This document shows, in pieces, positions 7,459 through 15,790 of a DNA stretch of 32,000 bases. Position numbers and translations under genes: made by a program. The stretch is taken from the NCBI GenBank assembly GCA_000025185.1, contig CP001848.1:1530001-1562000 (forward strand), given 5' to 3'. Origin of the DNA: Pirellula staleyi DSM 6068. Its GTDB lineage: Bacteria; Planctomycetota; Planctomycetia; Pirellulales; Pirellulaceae. The first letter of the stretch is position 1; each line of letters starts with the position of its first letter. The notes beneath the pieces are model-generated. The model had not been told where the DNA came from. It did not search any database and saw only the letters and a program-made list of their open reading frames with translations.

Positions 7459-8595
7459 CTAATCGCAGAGCCAGCGCATTGCCGATTCAATACCGAAGCT
7501 TCGTTTCTCGCCGAGCTGACGCAGGAGCCAGAACGTGACGACGAGAAACAGTGCCGCGAGTGTCAGCGACGCGCTGAGCGGGAGGGCGTTGCCCCAAAAG
7601 ATGGTGGTCTCTTCGCCATAGAGCGCGCCGTAGATCCAGAGCGGATAGAGATGCGCGACGTGATGCACGATGTAGATCGTGAACGAGTATTGGCTAAAGG
7701 TTTGACAAACTTTTAGGAGCGATTTCCAGCGCTCGATGCGCGCCGGGCTCCGGTCGAGCCACTGATGCATGGTGGCAAAAAGGAGCAGCGTCGCGCCGAG
7801 CATCCCGAGCATGTACGCTAGGCTCGGGGGAAACATCCGCCAGCCGTTGAGCAGCTTGGCAGCAACGGGCTGCGCGGCGATGGCATCGCCACCCCAGCGA
7901 CCGATCAGCTGCAGCCCGATCGAAGTTGCCAGCAGCACTGCGCCGATCCCAACGATCGGCCCGATCGAAGGAACAGGCTCTTCAGTCCCCGGCTCTTGCG
8001 CGCGGAACTCTTCCGCCGACGGCTCCTCGAGCAGGTAGCGCGCGGCGACGTAGCCAATCAGGCTGAGGGCGATCCAAGGGAAGATCGGAAAATAGCCGGC
8101 GACGAAATAGCCGGTCACGACTTCGCTCAGCACGAAGTCGTACTCGTAATACTTGTTAGGCCAGTACTCTTCGTAGGCAACAATTTCGCGCAGCACCGGA
8201 CTAACGAGCGCTGCGGTGATCGCCATCGCGAGCAAAATCGCCGACGGAAGATGACGCACCACACCCAGCACCAACAGGGCCGAGCCGATGAACGTCAGCA
8301 CATCCCAGTTGAAGGTGTCTTCAGGGAGCCAGACAAAGACGTTGAACGCAATGCCGACGCAGAAGACAAACAGCCCGCGGCGGACCGAGATTTTGGAGAG
8401 CTCGCTTTCGCTCGTGCCGCGCGCTTTGCGTCCGCGCGACCAGAGGAAATAGCTGACTCCCGACAGGAATATAAATTGCGGCGCACCCATCCCTGCCACC
8501 GGGACGGTGACGCCCGAGAGGTTCTCGCCGAAATGCACCACCACCATGATGAAAATGGCGATCGTACGCATCAGATCAATCGAGGGATATCGCAT
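7459..8595 (-). CDS. DUF1624 / HGSNAT-like (acyltransferase-type) polytopic membrane protein
   Basis: 378 aa with an ATG start. The N-terminus MRYPSIDLMRTIAIFIMVVVHF resembles the conserved start of the heparan-alpha-glucosaminide N-acetyltransferase-like DUF1624 family. About 10 hydrophobic segments are visible. It begins 18 nt after the stop of the upstream gene. Confidence 0.7.
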   Translation of the reverse strand: MRYPSIDLMRTIAIFIMVVVHFGENLSGVTVPVAGMGAPQFIFLSGVSYFLWSRGRKARGTSESELSKISVRRGLFVFCVGIAFNVFVWLPEDTFNWDVLTFIGSALLVLGVVRHLPSAILLAMAITAALVSPVLREIVAYEEYWPNKYYEYDFVLSEVVTGYFVAGYFPIFPWIALSLIGYVAARYLLEEPSAEEFRAQEPGTEEPVPSIGPIVGIGAVLLATSIGLQLIGRWGGDAIAAQPVAAKLLNGWRMFPPSLAYMLGMLGATLLLFATMHQWLDRSPARIERWKSLLKVCQTFSQYSFTIYIVHHVAHLYPLWIYGALYGEETTIFWGNALPLSASLTLAALFLVVTFWLLRQLGEKRSFGIESAMRWLCD

Positions 8596-8613
8596 AGAAA
8601 AGCTCGCCAGCGG

Positions 8614-9603
8614 CTATTGACCGGAGGTCGTCGTCGTCTCGCTGGCTGGTGGCTCCGCTTCGATCGCTGGTGCCGGAACTCTGTTTGAATTGGTGAGAGT
8701 GCTGGAACTAGTCGTCGTCGGCGTGTGCGACGAGAGGATCTCGAAACCACTCATCAAGATTTGAGCTGCCAGCAAGATGATGATAATCCACTCCAGGATA
8801 TTGCCCGAGCGGGTGAGCATGAAGTCGCTCGCGCGCTGGCCACACATCTCGTACACTTCTTCGAACACGCTCAGCTCTTCATCGATAAATTCGTAGCGAT
8901 GGGCCATCTGAGTTCGCTCGCGAAGACGCTCGGAGATTTGCGTGGCGAGGGTCGGCGGATGCTTATGCGGCGCATTGACATGGGCGCCGAGTCGCGCGAG
9001 CCGGGCCCGGAGTAGTAGGACCTCTTGAAAGCGGCTGCGCAACACTTTACGAGTCGGCACCGACGCCTCCTGGAACTCAAACGCCAGGGGCATATCGGCT
9101 TCGAGCTGCGGCCATTTCGCGGCGAGATCGCTTTCGATGCTCCGCAGTTCGGCCTCGAAGTAAGTCACTTCGGCCACCGCCACCGCGAGGGGTTCGAGAC
9201 GGTCGGCTGTCGCCAAAATCGCGCACCGCCCTGGTCCCCAGCAGAGCTGCGCGTTTTGAAACGTCATCAGCTGACAAGCGGCCGGGCTCCCCGCGGCGAG
9301 TTCCACCCAGCTCCGCATCGGCGCAAGCGCGGGAGAATCGGCGGGCGCTGCACTGGCAGCAGCATCGAGCGGCACCAGCAGCAGCGTGAGGGTACCGGCA
9401 GCAGCGATTTTTTGATCGGGGGCCACGGGGCCCTCGACAGCGCAGGCCCCGAGCGGCAACTCGGCCAGCACGGTTTGACCGGCGGGAGCTGCTGGCGCAG
9501 AGCGCTTCAGCAGGTAGGTGACTTGCCTCGGGGTCGTACCACGCGGAAGCTGCGACAAAAGAGCGGATTCACTTGAAGGGCCTGATGAGGCACTAGCAGA
9601 CAT
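8614..9603 (-). CDS. hypothetical protein with a C-terminal membrane anchor (tentatively RMD1/DUF155-like architecture)
   Basis: 329 aa with an ATG start 8 nt after the stop of the upstream flavoprotein gene. It has an Ala-rich soluble N-terminal region, a helical segment (RFQEVLLLRARLARLG...RYEFIDEELSVFEEVYEM), then NILEWIIIILLAAQILMSGFEIL as a single TM, and a Thr/Ser-rich tail. The family call rests only on my recollection of the LEWIIIxLI-type C-terminus. Confidence 0.7.
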   Translation of the reverse strand: MSASASSGPSSESALLSQLPRGTTPRQVTYLLKRSAPAAPAGQTVLAELPLGACAVEGPVAPDQKIAAAGTLTLLLVPLDAAASAAPADSPALAPMRSWVELAAGSPAACQLMTFQNAQLCWGPGRCAILATADRLEPLAVAVAEVTYFEAELRSIESDLAAKWPQLEADMPLAFEFQEASVPTRKVLRSRFQEVLLLRARLARLGAHVNAPHKHPPTLATQISERLRERTQMAHRYEFIDEELSVFEEVYEMCGQRASDFMLTRSGNILEWIIIILLAAQILMSGFEILSSHTPTTTSSSTLTNSNRVPAPAIEAEPPASETTTTSGQ

Positions 9604-9611
9604 GGTTTTCC

Positions 9612-10988
9612 TCAGGATCGATCAGTCGTTTGTGCGGCGAGCCAAGCGGCCACATACTCGGCTGAGTCGAGCACGCCATTGAGTGTGGAATCAAAGAGGT
9701 AGTCCCCGACCAGATAGAGCTGGGGATGTTCGATCGGTTCAGGCTGATGCCGCTGGTCGAGCGGTCGCGGAACAATGCCCCCGGGAATGGCATTCACAGC
9801 CGAGAGCCAGCGATGCACGCGCCCTTCCACCATGTGCTTGCGGCCATGTGCCAGGAAGGTCGGCAGGGAATCGAGCGCGGCGCTGATCAGCTCCTCGTCG
9901 GTGAGGGCGTTCATCGTTTCGGCAGCGGTTCCGCCAACAAGCCAGCCGAGAATGCCGTGCGAACTTCCTGGCTCGCGCGACGACTCGTCATACAAGCAGC
10001 ATCCCCCAAATTTGTCGAGCATCCAGTACGAGTCGCTGAACGCCTCGCGCCAGAACGGCTTGTCGAACAAAATGGTGATCCGCAAATAGTGTGCGGGGTA
10101 ATGATAGTACGACAGATGCCGCTCGATCGCCCGCTGCAAACGGGCCCCACGAAACGCCAGCTTCCCGAGGTGATTATGGGGGAGCGAAACGACCACGAAA
10201 TCAAAATCGTCGTGCCGCGGCTGATCTCCCGAGCGTGAATGGACCCGAATTTGCGACGAACCTTGTTTTTCGATGCTCTCGACAGGGTGATTCAGCAGCA
10301 CTTCGGCATCGATCCGCTGGGCCAGCTCTTCCACGAGCCGCTGATTGCCACCTTCAATGCCATATAAGTGCATATAGGCGGGACTATTCATCAAATAGTT
10401 TTGTAGCCCATAGGTAAAGGTGGTTTGTTGCGGTTCGGTCGCCAGATCACTATGAATTAGGTTTTGGATATAACTCCGCGCATCATCACTTTCGACCAAG
10501 GTTAATAACTGATCAAAGCGGCGCGGATCAGGAGCTAAATGAAGACCTTCGGGATAATCGCTATGATAAAACTCGAGTGGTGTAATTTGATCTTTGGCGC
10601 GGCGATCAAAATCGAGGAGCGCCGCCGCTGCGGTGGGTCCGAGCGCCGCCTCAATATCATCCATGTTCGCGAGGATTTGATTATCCATCACTACGGCCGG
10701 TCCACCCATCGCCCGAATCGGTAGTCCAAGTTCGGCAATCAAGTCCTTCAGCGGATCTTCGTCGAAGATCGAATAGTCGTAGAACTCAGCTGCCCCCGCT
10801 TCATAACGGACCGGGCTGGTCGAAAATTGCGGGGTGAGAATTTTTCCACCGAGACGCCCGCTCGCTTCCAGCAGCGTGATCCGAAGCGGCACACTCGCCA
10901 GCTTTTGGAGTTGATAAGCAGTCATGAGACCGCCCGGGCCACCCCCGACGATCCCGATATTCCAGCAGCACATCAGCGGCTCCCGCAT
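9612..10988 (-). CDS. FAD-dependent oxidoreductase, flavin amine-oxidase / protoporphyrinogen-oxidase fold
   Basis: Rossmann motif NIGIVGGGPGGLMTAYQL...LLEASGRLGGKI, and a C-terminal LYLVGDYLFDSTLNGVLDSAEY typical of this fold. I moved the start to the ATG at 10988 (MREPLMCCWNIGIVGGG) because the dinucleotide-binding strand normally sits at the N-terminus. The ATG at 10973 is also possible. The track ORF extends to 11132. Confidence 0.85.
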   Translation of the reverse strand: MREPLMCCWNIGIVGGGPGGLMTAYQLQKLASVPLRITLLEASGRLGGKILTPQFSTSPVRYEAGAAEFYDYSIFDEDPLKDLIAELGLPIRAMGGPAVVMDNQILANMDDIEAALGPTAAAALLDFDRRAKDQITPLEFYHSDYPEGLHLAPDPRRFDQLLTLVESDDARSYIQNLIHSDLATEPQQTTFTYGLQNYLMNSPAYMHLYGIEGGNQRLVEELAQRIDAEVLLNHPVESIEKQGSSQIRVHSRSGDQPRHDDFDFVVVSLPHNHLGKLAFRGARLQRAIERHLSYYHYPAHYLRITILFDKPFWREAFSDSYWMLDKFGGCCLYDESSREPGSSHGILGWLVGGTAAETMNALTDEELISAALDSLPTFLAHGRKHMVEGRVHRWLSAVNAIPGGIVPRPLDQRHQPEPIEHPQLYLVGDYLFDSTLNGVLDSAEYVAAWLAAQTTDRS

Positions 10989-11482
10989 TCGATCGAGGCG
11001 CTCATGGCAAGGTGCAGGGAGTCGTCCCGACGTGCGAACGGAAGTCGATCGAGTGATCGCTCCGGATGTCGCCGGGGAGAGCAGGCAGCGTTGGTCGCCA
11101 AGGTGAAAGTCTCGCGCGAGGTTTGCAGACAACTAGATTATCGATAGATGTCTGCTGATAAGACCGCGAGCGTCGAGTGGATCAGACGCAGCGGCGGCAG
11201 ACACGGAGAGAAAGGATCAAACCCCGGTCTTTCTCAAAAGTATCTCTCCCTGCAAAAGAATCAAAGGGGGCGAGACGTGAGGGATTGATGAGTAATGCAG
11301 GAAGTTATCAATCTCGACGTTCTAATGGGGGGAAGATCGAGCGGCGTCCATCAGCCGCACATGATGGGTCGCGCTGCTGGCACGCGTCACATCAGGCGCT
11401 CGAAGCGGGTAATATGGTCGCATCGCTCGACATCGATCCGATCCACCACCTCCCACCGATTGTTCCCTCCGAGAGTCCTTCT

Positions 11483-12430
11483 ATGAAGCGCTGGATACTT
11501 GCCCTCGGCTGTCTGCTCTTGGTTTTCTCGTCGCAGCTTGTTGCGGAAGAGACTCCCCCGCCGAGCCCGGTGAAACTCGAGCCCGGCGCGGTGATCGAGC
11601 TCGTTTTTCCCGACTTGCCCGAGACGTTGGCGAGCATGTCGAACGACAGCAAAGAGCCTGCGCGACTCACGGCGATCTTGCCCGAGGATTACACCCCCGA
11701 AAAGAAGTTTCCCCTCTTTATCTACTTGCTTGGTGGCGGCGGTGGCCGTGGCAACCAAGGGGACCTCGGGATGGGTCGCGGAGTGATTGGTAATAAAGGT
11801 TATATCTGCGCAGTAATGCCTTTATTTAAGAAGAAGCTTGATATTACCGAACCGGCGCGAGGTTTAATGGTCTCAATGGACGATTTCGAGGTGATCTCGA
11901 AGTCGTATCGCACCATGCTTACCAAACTCGATGAGGTAGTACCCAATATCACCTCCCAAGGGAGCGTTTTGGGAGGGCATTCCAATGGTGCCCATACTAC
12001 GGGTGTCTTAATAGCAGGTCAGGATGATTTTATTTTCGAGCGGTTTGATAGTTTTTATCTCCATGAAGGTGGTTTAACGCTGCTGTTTGCCAATGTCCTG
12101 CAAAAGCAGTCGATGAAGAAGCCGCGCTTCCTGGTGATGATTGGTGGCAAAGGTCCGTTCTTGCCCTTCGGCGCGCTACTGGAACGGATGGTTGCCCGAG
12201 GAGGCTTTCAGTTCACGTTCGTGGCGATGGAGGGGTACGGCCACGAGCAGCCGCCGGAGTACCTGGCACAAATCGGCCAGTGGGCCCGAGGCGAACCTCT
12301 CACCTTGCCCCCCAAAGAGCCCGCTGAAGCCAAGCCTGACGAGGCGAAACCTGACGAGGCCAAGCCCGACGAGCCGAAACCCGATACAGCCCAGCCCGCT
12401 GATGCCAAGCCGGCTGACGGGGTGAAGTAG
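11483..12430 (+). CDS. secreted alpha/beta-hydrolase-fold esterase with a repetitive Lys/Pro/Asp/Glu tail
   Basis: I set the start at the ATG at 11483 (MKRWILALGCLLLVFSSQLVAEE, signal peptide). The in-frame upstream extension to 11177 is basic, low-complexity sequence. Nucleophile elbow GGHSNGAH (GxSxG). PLFIYLLGGGGGRG is oxyanion-region-like. EGYGHEQ is a candidate catalytic His. Confidence 0.8.
   Translation: MKRWILALGCLLLVFSSQLVAEETPPPSPVKLEPGAVIELVFPDLPETLASMSNDSKEPARLTAILPEDYTPEKKFPLFIYLLGGGGGRGNQGDLGMGRGVIGNKGYICAVMPLFKKKLDITEPARGLMVSMDDFEVISKSYRTMLTKLDEVVPNITSQGSVLGGHSNGAHTTGVLIAGQDDFIFERFDSFYLHEGGLTLLFANVLQKQSMKKPRFLVMIGGKGPFLPFGALLERMVARGGFQFTFVAMEGYGHEQPPEYLAQIGQWARGEPLTLPPKEPAEAKPDEAKPDEAKPDEPKPDTAQPADAKPADGVK
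12326..12385 (+). repeat. 4 x 15-nt in-frame tandem repeat (gaR gcS aaR ccY gaY) encoding (E-A/P-K-P-D)4
   Basis: gaagccaagcctgac / gaggcgaaacctgac / gaggccaagcccgac / gagccgaaacccgat. A degenerate continuation runs to about 12417 (TAQPADAKPAD). Confidence 0.85.
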
Positions 12431-12754
12431 TGGGCCGTCGAGCGACTCTTGGCTGGCACCAATCAGCAGGCACCCACACCACCTGACCTTGTTTGCTGGG
12501 CGAACTTTCAACTTCTCTGGGTGTGCGAATACGCGCGCATTGGGTCGCGGATGGCTCCCGTCGGCTGATTGCCTGAACTTTGCGCACGCTGCTGCCTGCT
12601 GGTCGCCGTTTTGGGGTGGCGAGCCGGTTCGTTCAAAATGACGTAAGCGAATATTGCGTAAGCTCTTAACGCTACCGCTTGTCAGATGCTAAAAACCCGG
12701 CATGATGTTTGCCGCCCCCAAGCGGTTTACATCCATGCGAAAGGCGGCTTTGAA

Positions 12755-15514
12755 ATGGCACCGGTGAGTAACGAGTTGTTGCGGCGCGACGTGCGCATGC
12801 TGGGCGATATGCTGGGCGAGGTGATGACCGAAGCGGCGGGCCCCGAAGCGCTCGCCCTGGTCGAGGAGATCCGTCAACTCGCACGCCGCCGACGAAGTGG
12901 CGACCACACAGCGGAACCCGAACTGGCCGAGAAGATTGCCAGCTTGTCGATGTCCGATGCTCGCATCGTGGCCCGCGCGTTCAGCATCTTTTTCGACCTG
13001 GCGAACCTGGCGGAAGATCGCCATCGCATTCGTGTCCTTCGCAGCCGCGAACAAGAGCTCCACCCGGTCTCGCTCAGCGAATCGATCGGCGCGGCGATCG
13101 GTCGCCTGAAGGAGTCGGGGTTCTCAGCCGCCGAAACGCAGCGCGCGATCGACAAGATGCTGATCGAGCTCGTCTTTACCGCTCATCCGAGCGAAGCCAA
13201 GCGGCGCTCGATTCGGGCCAAGCTGCGGCGGATGCGGCACGCTCTGCAGGAACTCGACCGGACCGATCTGCTGCCGCGCGAGCGGGCTCGTCTCGAGTCG
13301 CGCATCCGGACCGAGCTGACCGTGTTGTGGCAAACCGATTTCTTGCGCCCCAGCCGACCGACGGTGCTCGAAGAGGTCGAGCGTGGTCTGTCGATCACCC
13401 CGCGGCTGTGGGAAGTGGTGCCGCAGGTTTATGCCTCGATGCGTCTGGCGCTCGACACGCACTATCCCGGCGAAGGGATCAGGCCGGGACTCTTCCTCCG
13501 CTTCGGTTCGTGGATGGGGGGCGATCGCGACGGCAACCCCAACGTCACCGCACCGATCACCAAGCAAACACTCGTGTGGCTCCGCGAGCGCGCGATCTCG
13601 CAGCATCTGGCCCTCACGAAAACGATGTACGATTTCCTGAGCATCAGCGTGCGCGAAATCGATGCCGATTCGACCCTCAACAAAGGACTGGAAGAGGCGT
13701 CGCAAAAGTGGCCCGGACTCGCCGAAGCCTTGAGCGAGCTTGCGCCGCTGGAAGTCTATCGCCGCTGGGTGACGATGATTCGCTGGCGCTTGTCGCAGTC
13801 GAGCGCCACCACCAGCTGCACTTCGATTCCCGAAGGGGGCTACCGCGATGGCGAGGAGCTGTTTGCCGACCTCAAGGCGATGCAAGACAGCTTGCGCTCG
13901 CACCACAGCCGCTTGCTGGCCGATAGCGAGCTGCAGCGGTGGCTCGATCTGACGACAGTGTTTGGTTTGCATCTCACGCGACTCGATGTGCGGCAAGATG
14001 CGCGGCGCTATCGCGAAGTGATGACCGAGATCCTCTCGGTCGCTGGAATTGTCGAGAATTACGCCGATTTGCCCGAAGCAGAACGCTGCGCCGCCCTCTC
14101 GCGCTCGATTCCGTGGGACCACGATCTCGATCGCGAAAAGCTGTCCCCCTTGGCGCTCGAAACGCTCGATCTGTTCCTCGTGCTCCGCGATGCGATTGCC
14201 GTGTTCGGCCCCAGCTGCATCGGCGGCCATGTGATCAGCCTCACGCAGTGCCCGAGCGACGTGCTGAACGTCCTGTGGCTCTGGCGCTGGGCGCAGTCGA
14301 AAGCGGTGCGCGACAGCAGCGTGCCGACCACCGACGAGCTCCGCATCATTCCGCTGTTTGAAAAAATCGACGACCTGCGAAATGCCCCCGAGACGATGAC
14401 CTCGATCCTCGAGCATCCGCTCTATCGCGAGCATGTCACGCGGGTCGGCGATCGTCAGATCATCATGGTCGGCTATAGCGACAGCACCAAAGATGGTGGC
14501 TATCTCGCAGCCTGCTGGGGACTCTATCAGGCCCAAAGTGGTCTGCAGCAAGTGGCCCACGATCACGGCGTACAAGTCACCTTCTTTCATGGTCGAGGTG
14601 GCTCGCTCGGACGTGGTGGTGGACCTGCCGCGCGTGGCATTTTGTCGCTTCCTCCCGAAGCACTCGACGGCACGCTTCGACTCACCGAGCAAGGAGAAGT
14701 GCTGGCCGAACGCTACGACGATACACAGGTCGCATTCCGCCATCTCGAGCAAGTCACTTGGGCCACACTCGTCGCCTCGGCACTTCCGGGCGTGCAAGTG
14801 AAACCGTCGTGGCTCTCGATGATGGAAACGTTGTCGGTGCAGTCGTTCAAAGCCTATCGCGAACTGGTCGATCAGCCTGGATTCATCGCCTTCTTCGCCG
14901 CAGCTACGCCGATCGATGAGATCGAGAACTTGCCGATCGGATCGCGTCCGAGTCGACGTCGGGGCGAACGTACGCTCGGCGATTTGCGGGCGATTCCGTG
15001 GGTCTTTTCGTGGACGCAAAATCGGTGCATGATCCCCGCCTGGTACGGTCTCGGGACCGCGCTCAGCGAAGTGAAGTACAAAGATAGGACCGCGTGGCAA
15101 ACGATCTGCGAGATGTATCGCCTCTGGCCCTTCATGCAGGCGACGATCGATAACGCGATGCTCGCGCTGGCGAAGGCCGACATGTATATCGCGCAGCATT
15201 ATTCCGAGCTGGCCGAAGATCCCGCCCAGCGCCAAGTTTGCTGGGAGCTGATCGCGCGCGAGCGTGATCGGACGCGTCAAGCGCTCCTCGATCTGGTCGG
15301 TGGTAGCGAATTGCTCTCGAAAAACCCCTGGTTTCAAGGCTCGATCGAAGTTCGCAATCCGTACATCGATCCGCTGAACTTGATTCAGATCGAGCTGCTC
15401 CGTCGGCGTCGTTCGCTGACCCCCGAAGCCCCAGCCAATGAGGCGGAACAGCTGCGCGACATGCTCCGGCTCACCGTGCAAGGGATCGCCGCCGGCATGC
15501 GCACCACCGGCTAA
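12755..15514 (+). CDS. ppc: phosphoenolpyruvate carboxylase
   Basis: Motifs VFTAHPSEAKRRS, GSWMGGDRDGNP, VGYSDSTKDGG, FHGRGGSLGRGGGP, FSWTQNR and the C-terminal GMRTTG are hallmark PEPC motifs. I set the start at the ATG at 12755 (MAPVSNELLRRDVRMLGDMLGEV) rather than the track start at 12686. Confidence 0.95.
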   Translation: MAPVSNELLRRDVRMLGDMLGEVMTEAAGPEALALVEEIRQLARRRRSGDHTAEPELAEKIASLSMSDARIVARAFSIFFDLANLAEDRHRIRVLRSREQELHPVSLSESIGAAIGRLKESGFSAAETQRAIDKMLIELVFTAHPSEAKRRSIRAKLRRMRHALQELDRTDLLPRERARLESRIRTELTVLWQTDFLRPSRPTVLEEVERGLSITPRLWEVVPQVYASMRLALDTHYPGEGIRPGLFLRFGSWMGGDRDGNPNVTAPITKQTLVWLRERAISQHLALTKTMYDFLSISVREIDADSTLNKGLEEASQKWPGLAEALSELAPLEVYRRWVTMIRWRLSQSSATTSCTSIPEGGYRDGEELFADLKAMQDSLRSHHSRLLADSELQRWLDLTTVFGLHLTRLDVRQDARRYREVMTEILSVAGIVENYADLPEAERCAALSRSIPWDHDLDREKLSPLALETLDLFLVLRDAIAVFGPSCIGGHVISLTQCPSDVLNVLWLWRWAQSKAVRDSSVPTTDELRIIPLFEKIDDLRNAPETMTSILEHPLYREHVTRVGDRQIIMVGYSDSTKDGGYLAACWGLYQAQSGLQQVAHDHGVQVTFFHGRGGSLGRGGGPAARGILSLPPEALDGTLRLTEQGEVLAERYDDTQVAFRHLEQVTWATLVASALPGVQVKPSWLSMMETLSVQSFKAYRELVDQPGFIAFFAAATPIDEIENLPIGSRPSRRRGERTLGDLRAIPWVFSWTQNRCMIPAWYGLGTALSEVKYKDRTAWQTICEMYRLWPFMQATIDNAMLALAKADMYIAQHYSELAEDPAQRQVCWELIARERDRTRQALLDLVGGSELLSKNPWFQGSIEVRNPYIDPLNLIQIELLRRRRSLTPEAPANEAEQLRDMLRLTVQGIAAGMRTTG

Positions 15515-15532
15515 GACCAACGACTAATTGTC

Positions 15533-15736
15533 CGTCTATCGATCCATGGCATGCTGCAATGAGTAGGCCATAACGAGGAGGCTGCCATCGAGTGTGCCAC
15601 TGGGCTCTGCCCAGTGAGAAGCGTGGACGGACTCTCTCTGTTTGAGGCAGATTTCGCCCAAAACATCAGTACCAGCTTCTGCACTGGTAAAAATGCCAGT
15701 GGCACCCAAAAACCACCTCACATGGATCGCTAGACG
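15533..15736 (-). repeat. copy B of the structured intergenic repeat (intact terminal inverted repeats)
   Basis: Terminal arms cgtctatcgatccatg (15533-15548) and catggatcgctagacg (15721-15736) are complementary at 15/16 positions. There is an internal perfect hairpin cactgggc-tct-gcccagtg (15598-15616). In addition, gtgccactgg (15594-15603) can pair with ccagtggcac (15696-15705). The element lies between the convergent ppc and beta-propeller genes. Confidence 0.8.
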
Positions 15737-15790
15737 AAGTACGAGAGTGGCTGTGCTCGGCGTAGCTCCACTCACTATCAGCAGCGATTC

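Noticed and set aside
7160-7462. Small ORFs inside the two repeat copies (7160..7462 +, 15511..15705 -, 15536..15775 -) sharing the peptide SMPWI(G/D)RRT
   Set aside because: The similarity is confined to the best-conserved nucleotide block. Elsewhere the frames diverge through indels (a 14-nt insertion), which is incompatible with a conserved protein. It is better explained as a non-coding repeat.
8614-9603. Possible CorA-type Mg2+ channel assignment for the 329-aa protein
   Set aside because: Only one C-terminal TM is visible and there is no GMN motif. I retain only a tentative RMD1/DUF155-like architectural comparison.
11177-11482. N-terminal extensions of several track ORFs (11177-11482, 12686-12754, 23985-24170, 27109-27321, 5801-6046, 17129-17227, 22144-22200, 10989-11132)
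   Set aside because: The extensions are basic and low-complexity, overlap upstream genes, or precede an obvious signal peptide, Rossmann motif or conserved N-terminus. Internal ATG starts give canonical N-termini, and in two cases classic TAATG/ATGA stop-start coupling.
12640-12665. Direct repeat cgtaagc ... gcgtaagc around aatatt upstream of ppc as a possible operator
   Set aside because: It is only 7 nt, not palindromic, with no second occurrence in the window. It cannot be distinguished from chance.
13124-15520. 798-aa minus-strand ORF covering almost all of ppc
   Set aside because: It is antisense to an unambiguous PEP carboxylase gene. The translation is Arg/Gly/Pro/His-rich with no motifs, which is the typical long shadow ORF of high-GC DNA. 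The same reasoning rejects 17127..18125(+), 19264..20247(+), 19331..19966(+), 22440..23258(+), 27107..28063(+), 6370..7209(+), 1418..2248(+), 2435..3229(+), 15953..16834(+), 28604..29233(+), 210..710(+) and 750..1097(+).
15536-15556. Run of three adjacent 6-bp palindromes (atcgat, ccatgg, gcatgc) that looked like an engineered polylinker
   Set aside because: The same ccatgg/gcatgc core occurs in the diverged copy A (7401-7418) in its natural context, where atcgat is replaced by atcggt. It forms the terminal arm of the repeat. There is no vector-like sequence around it.
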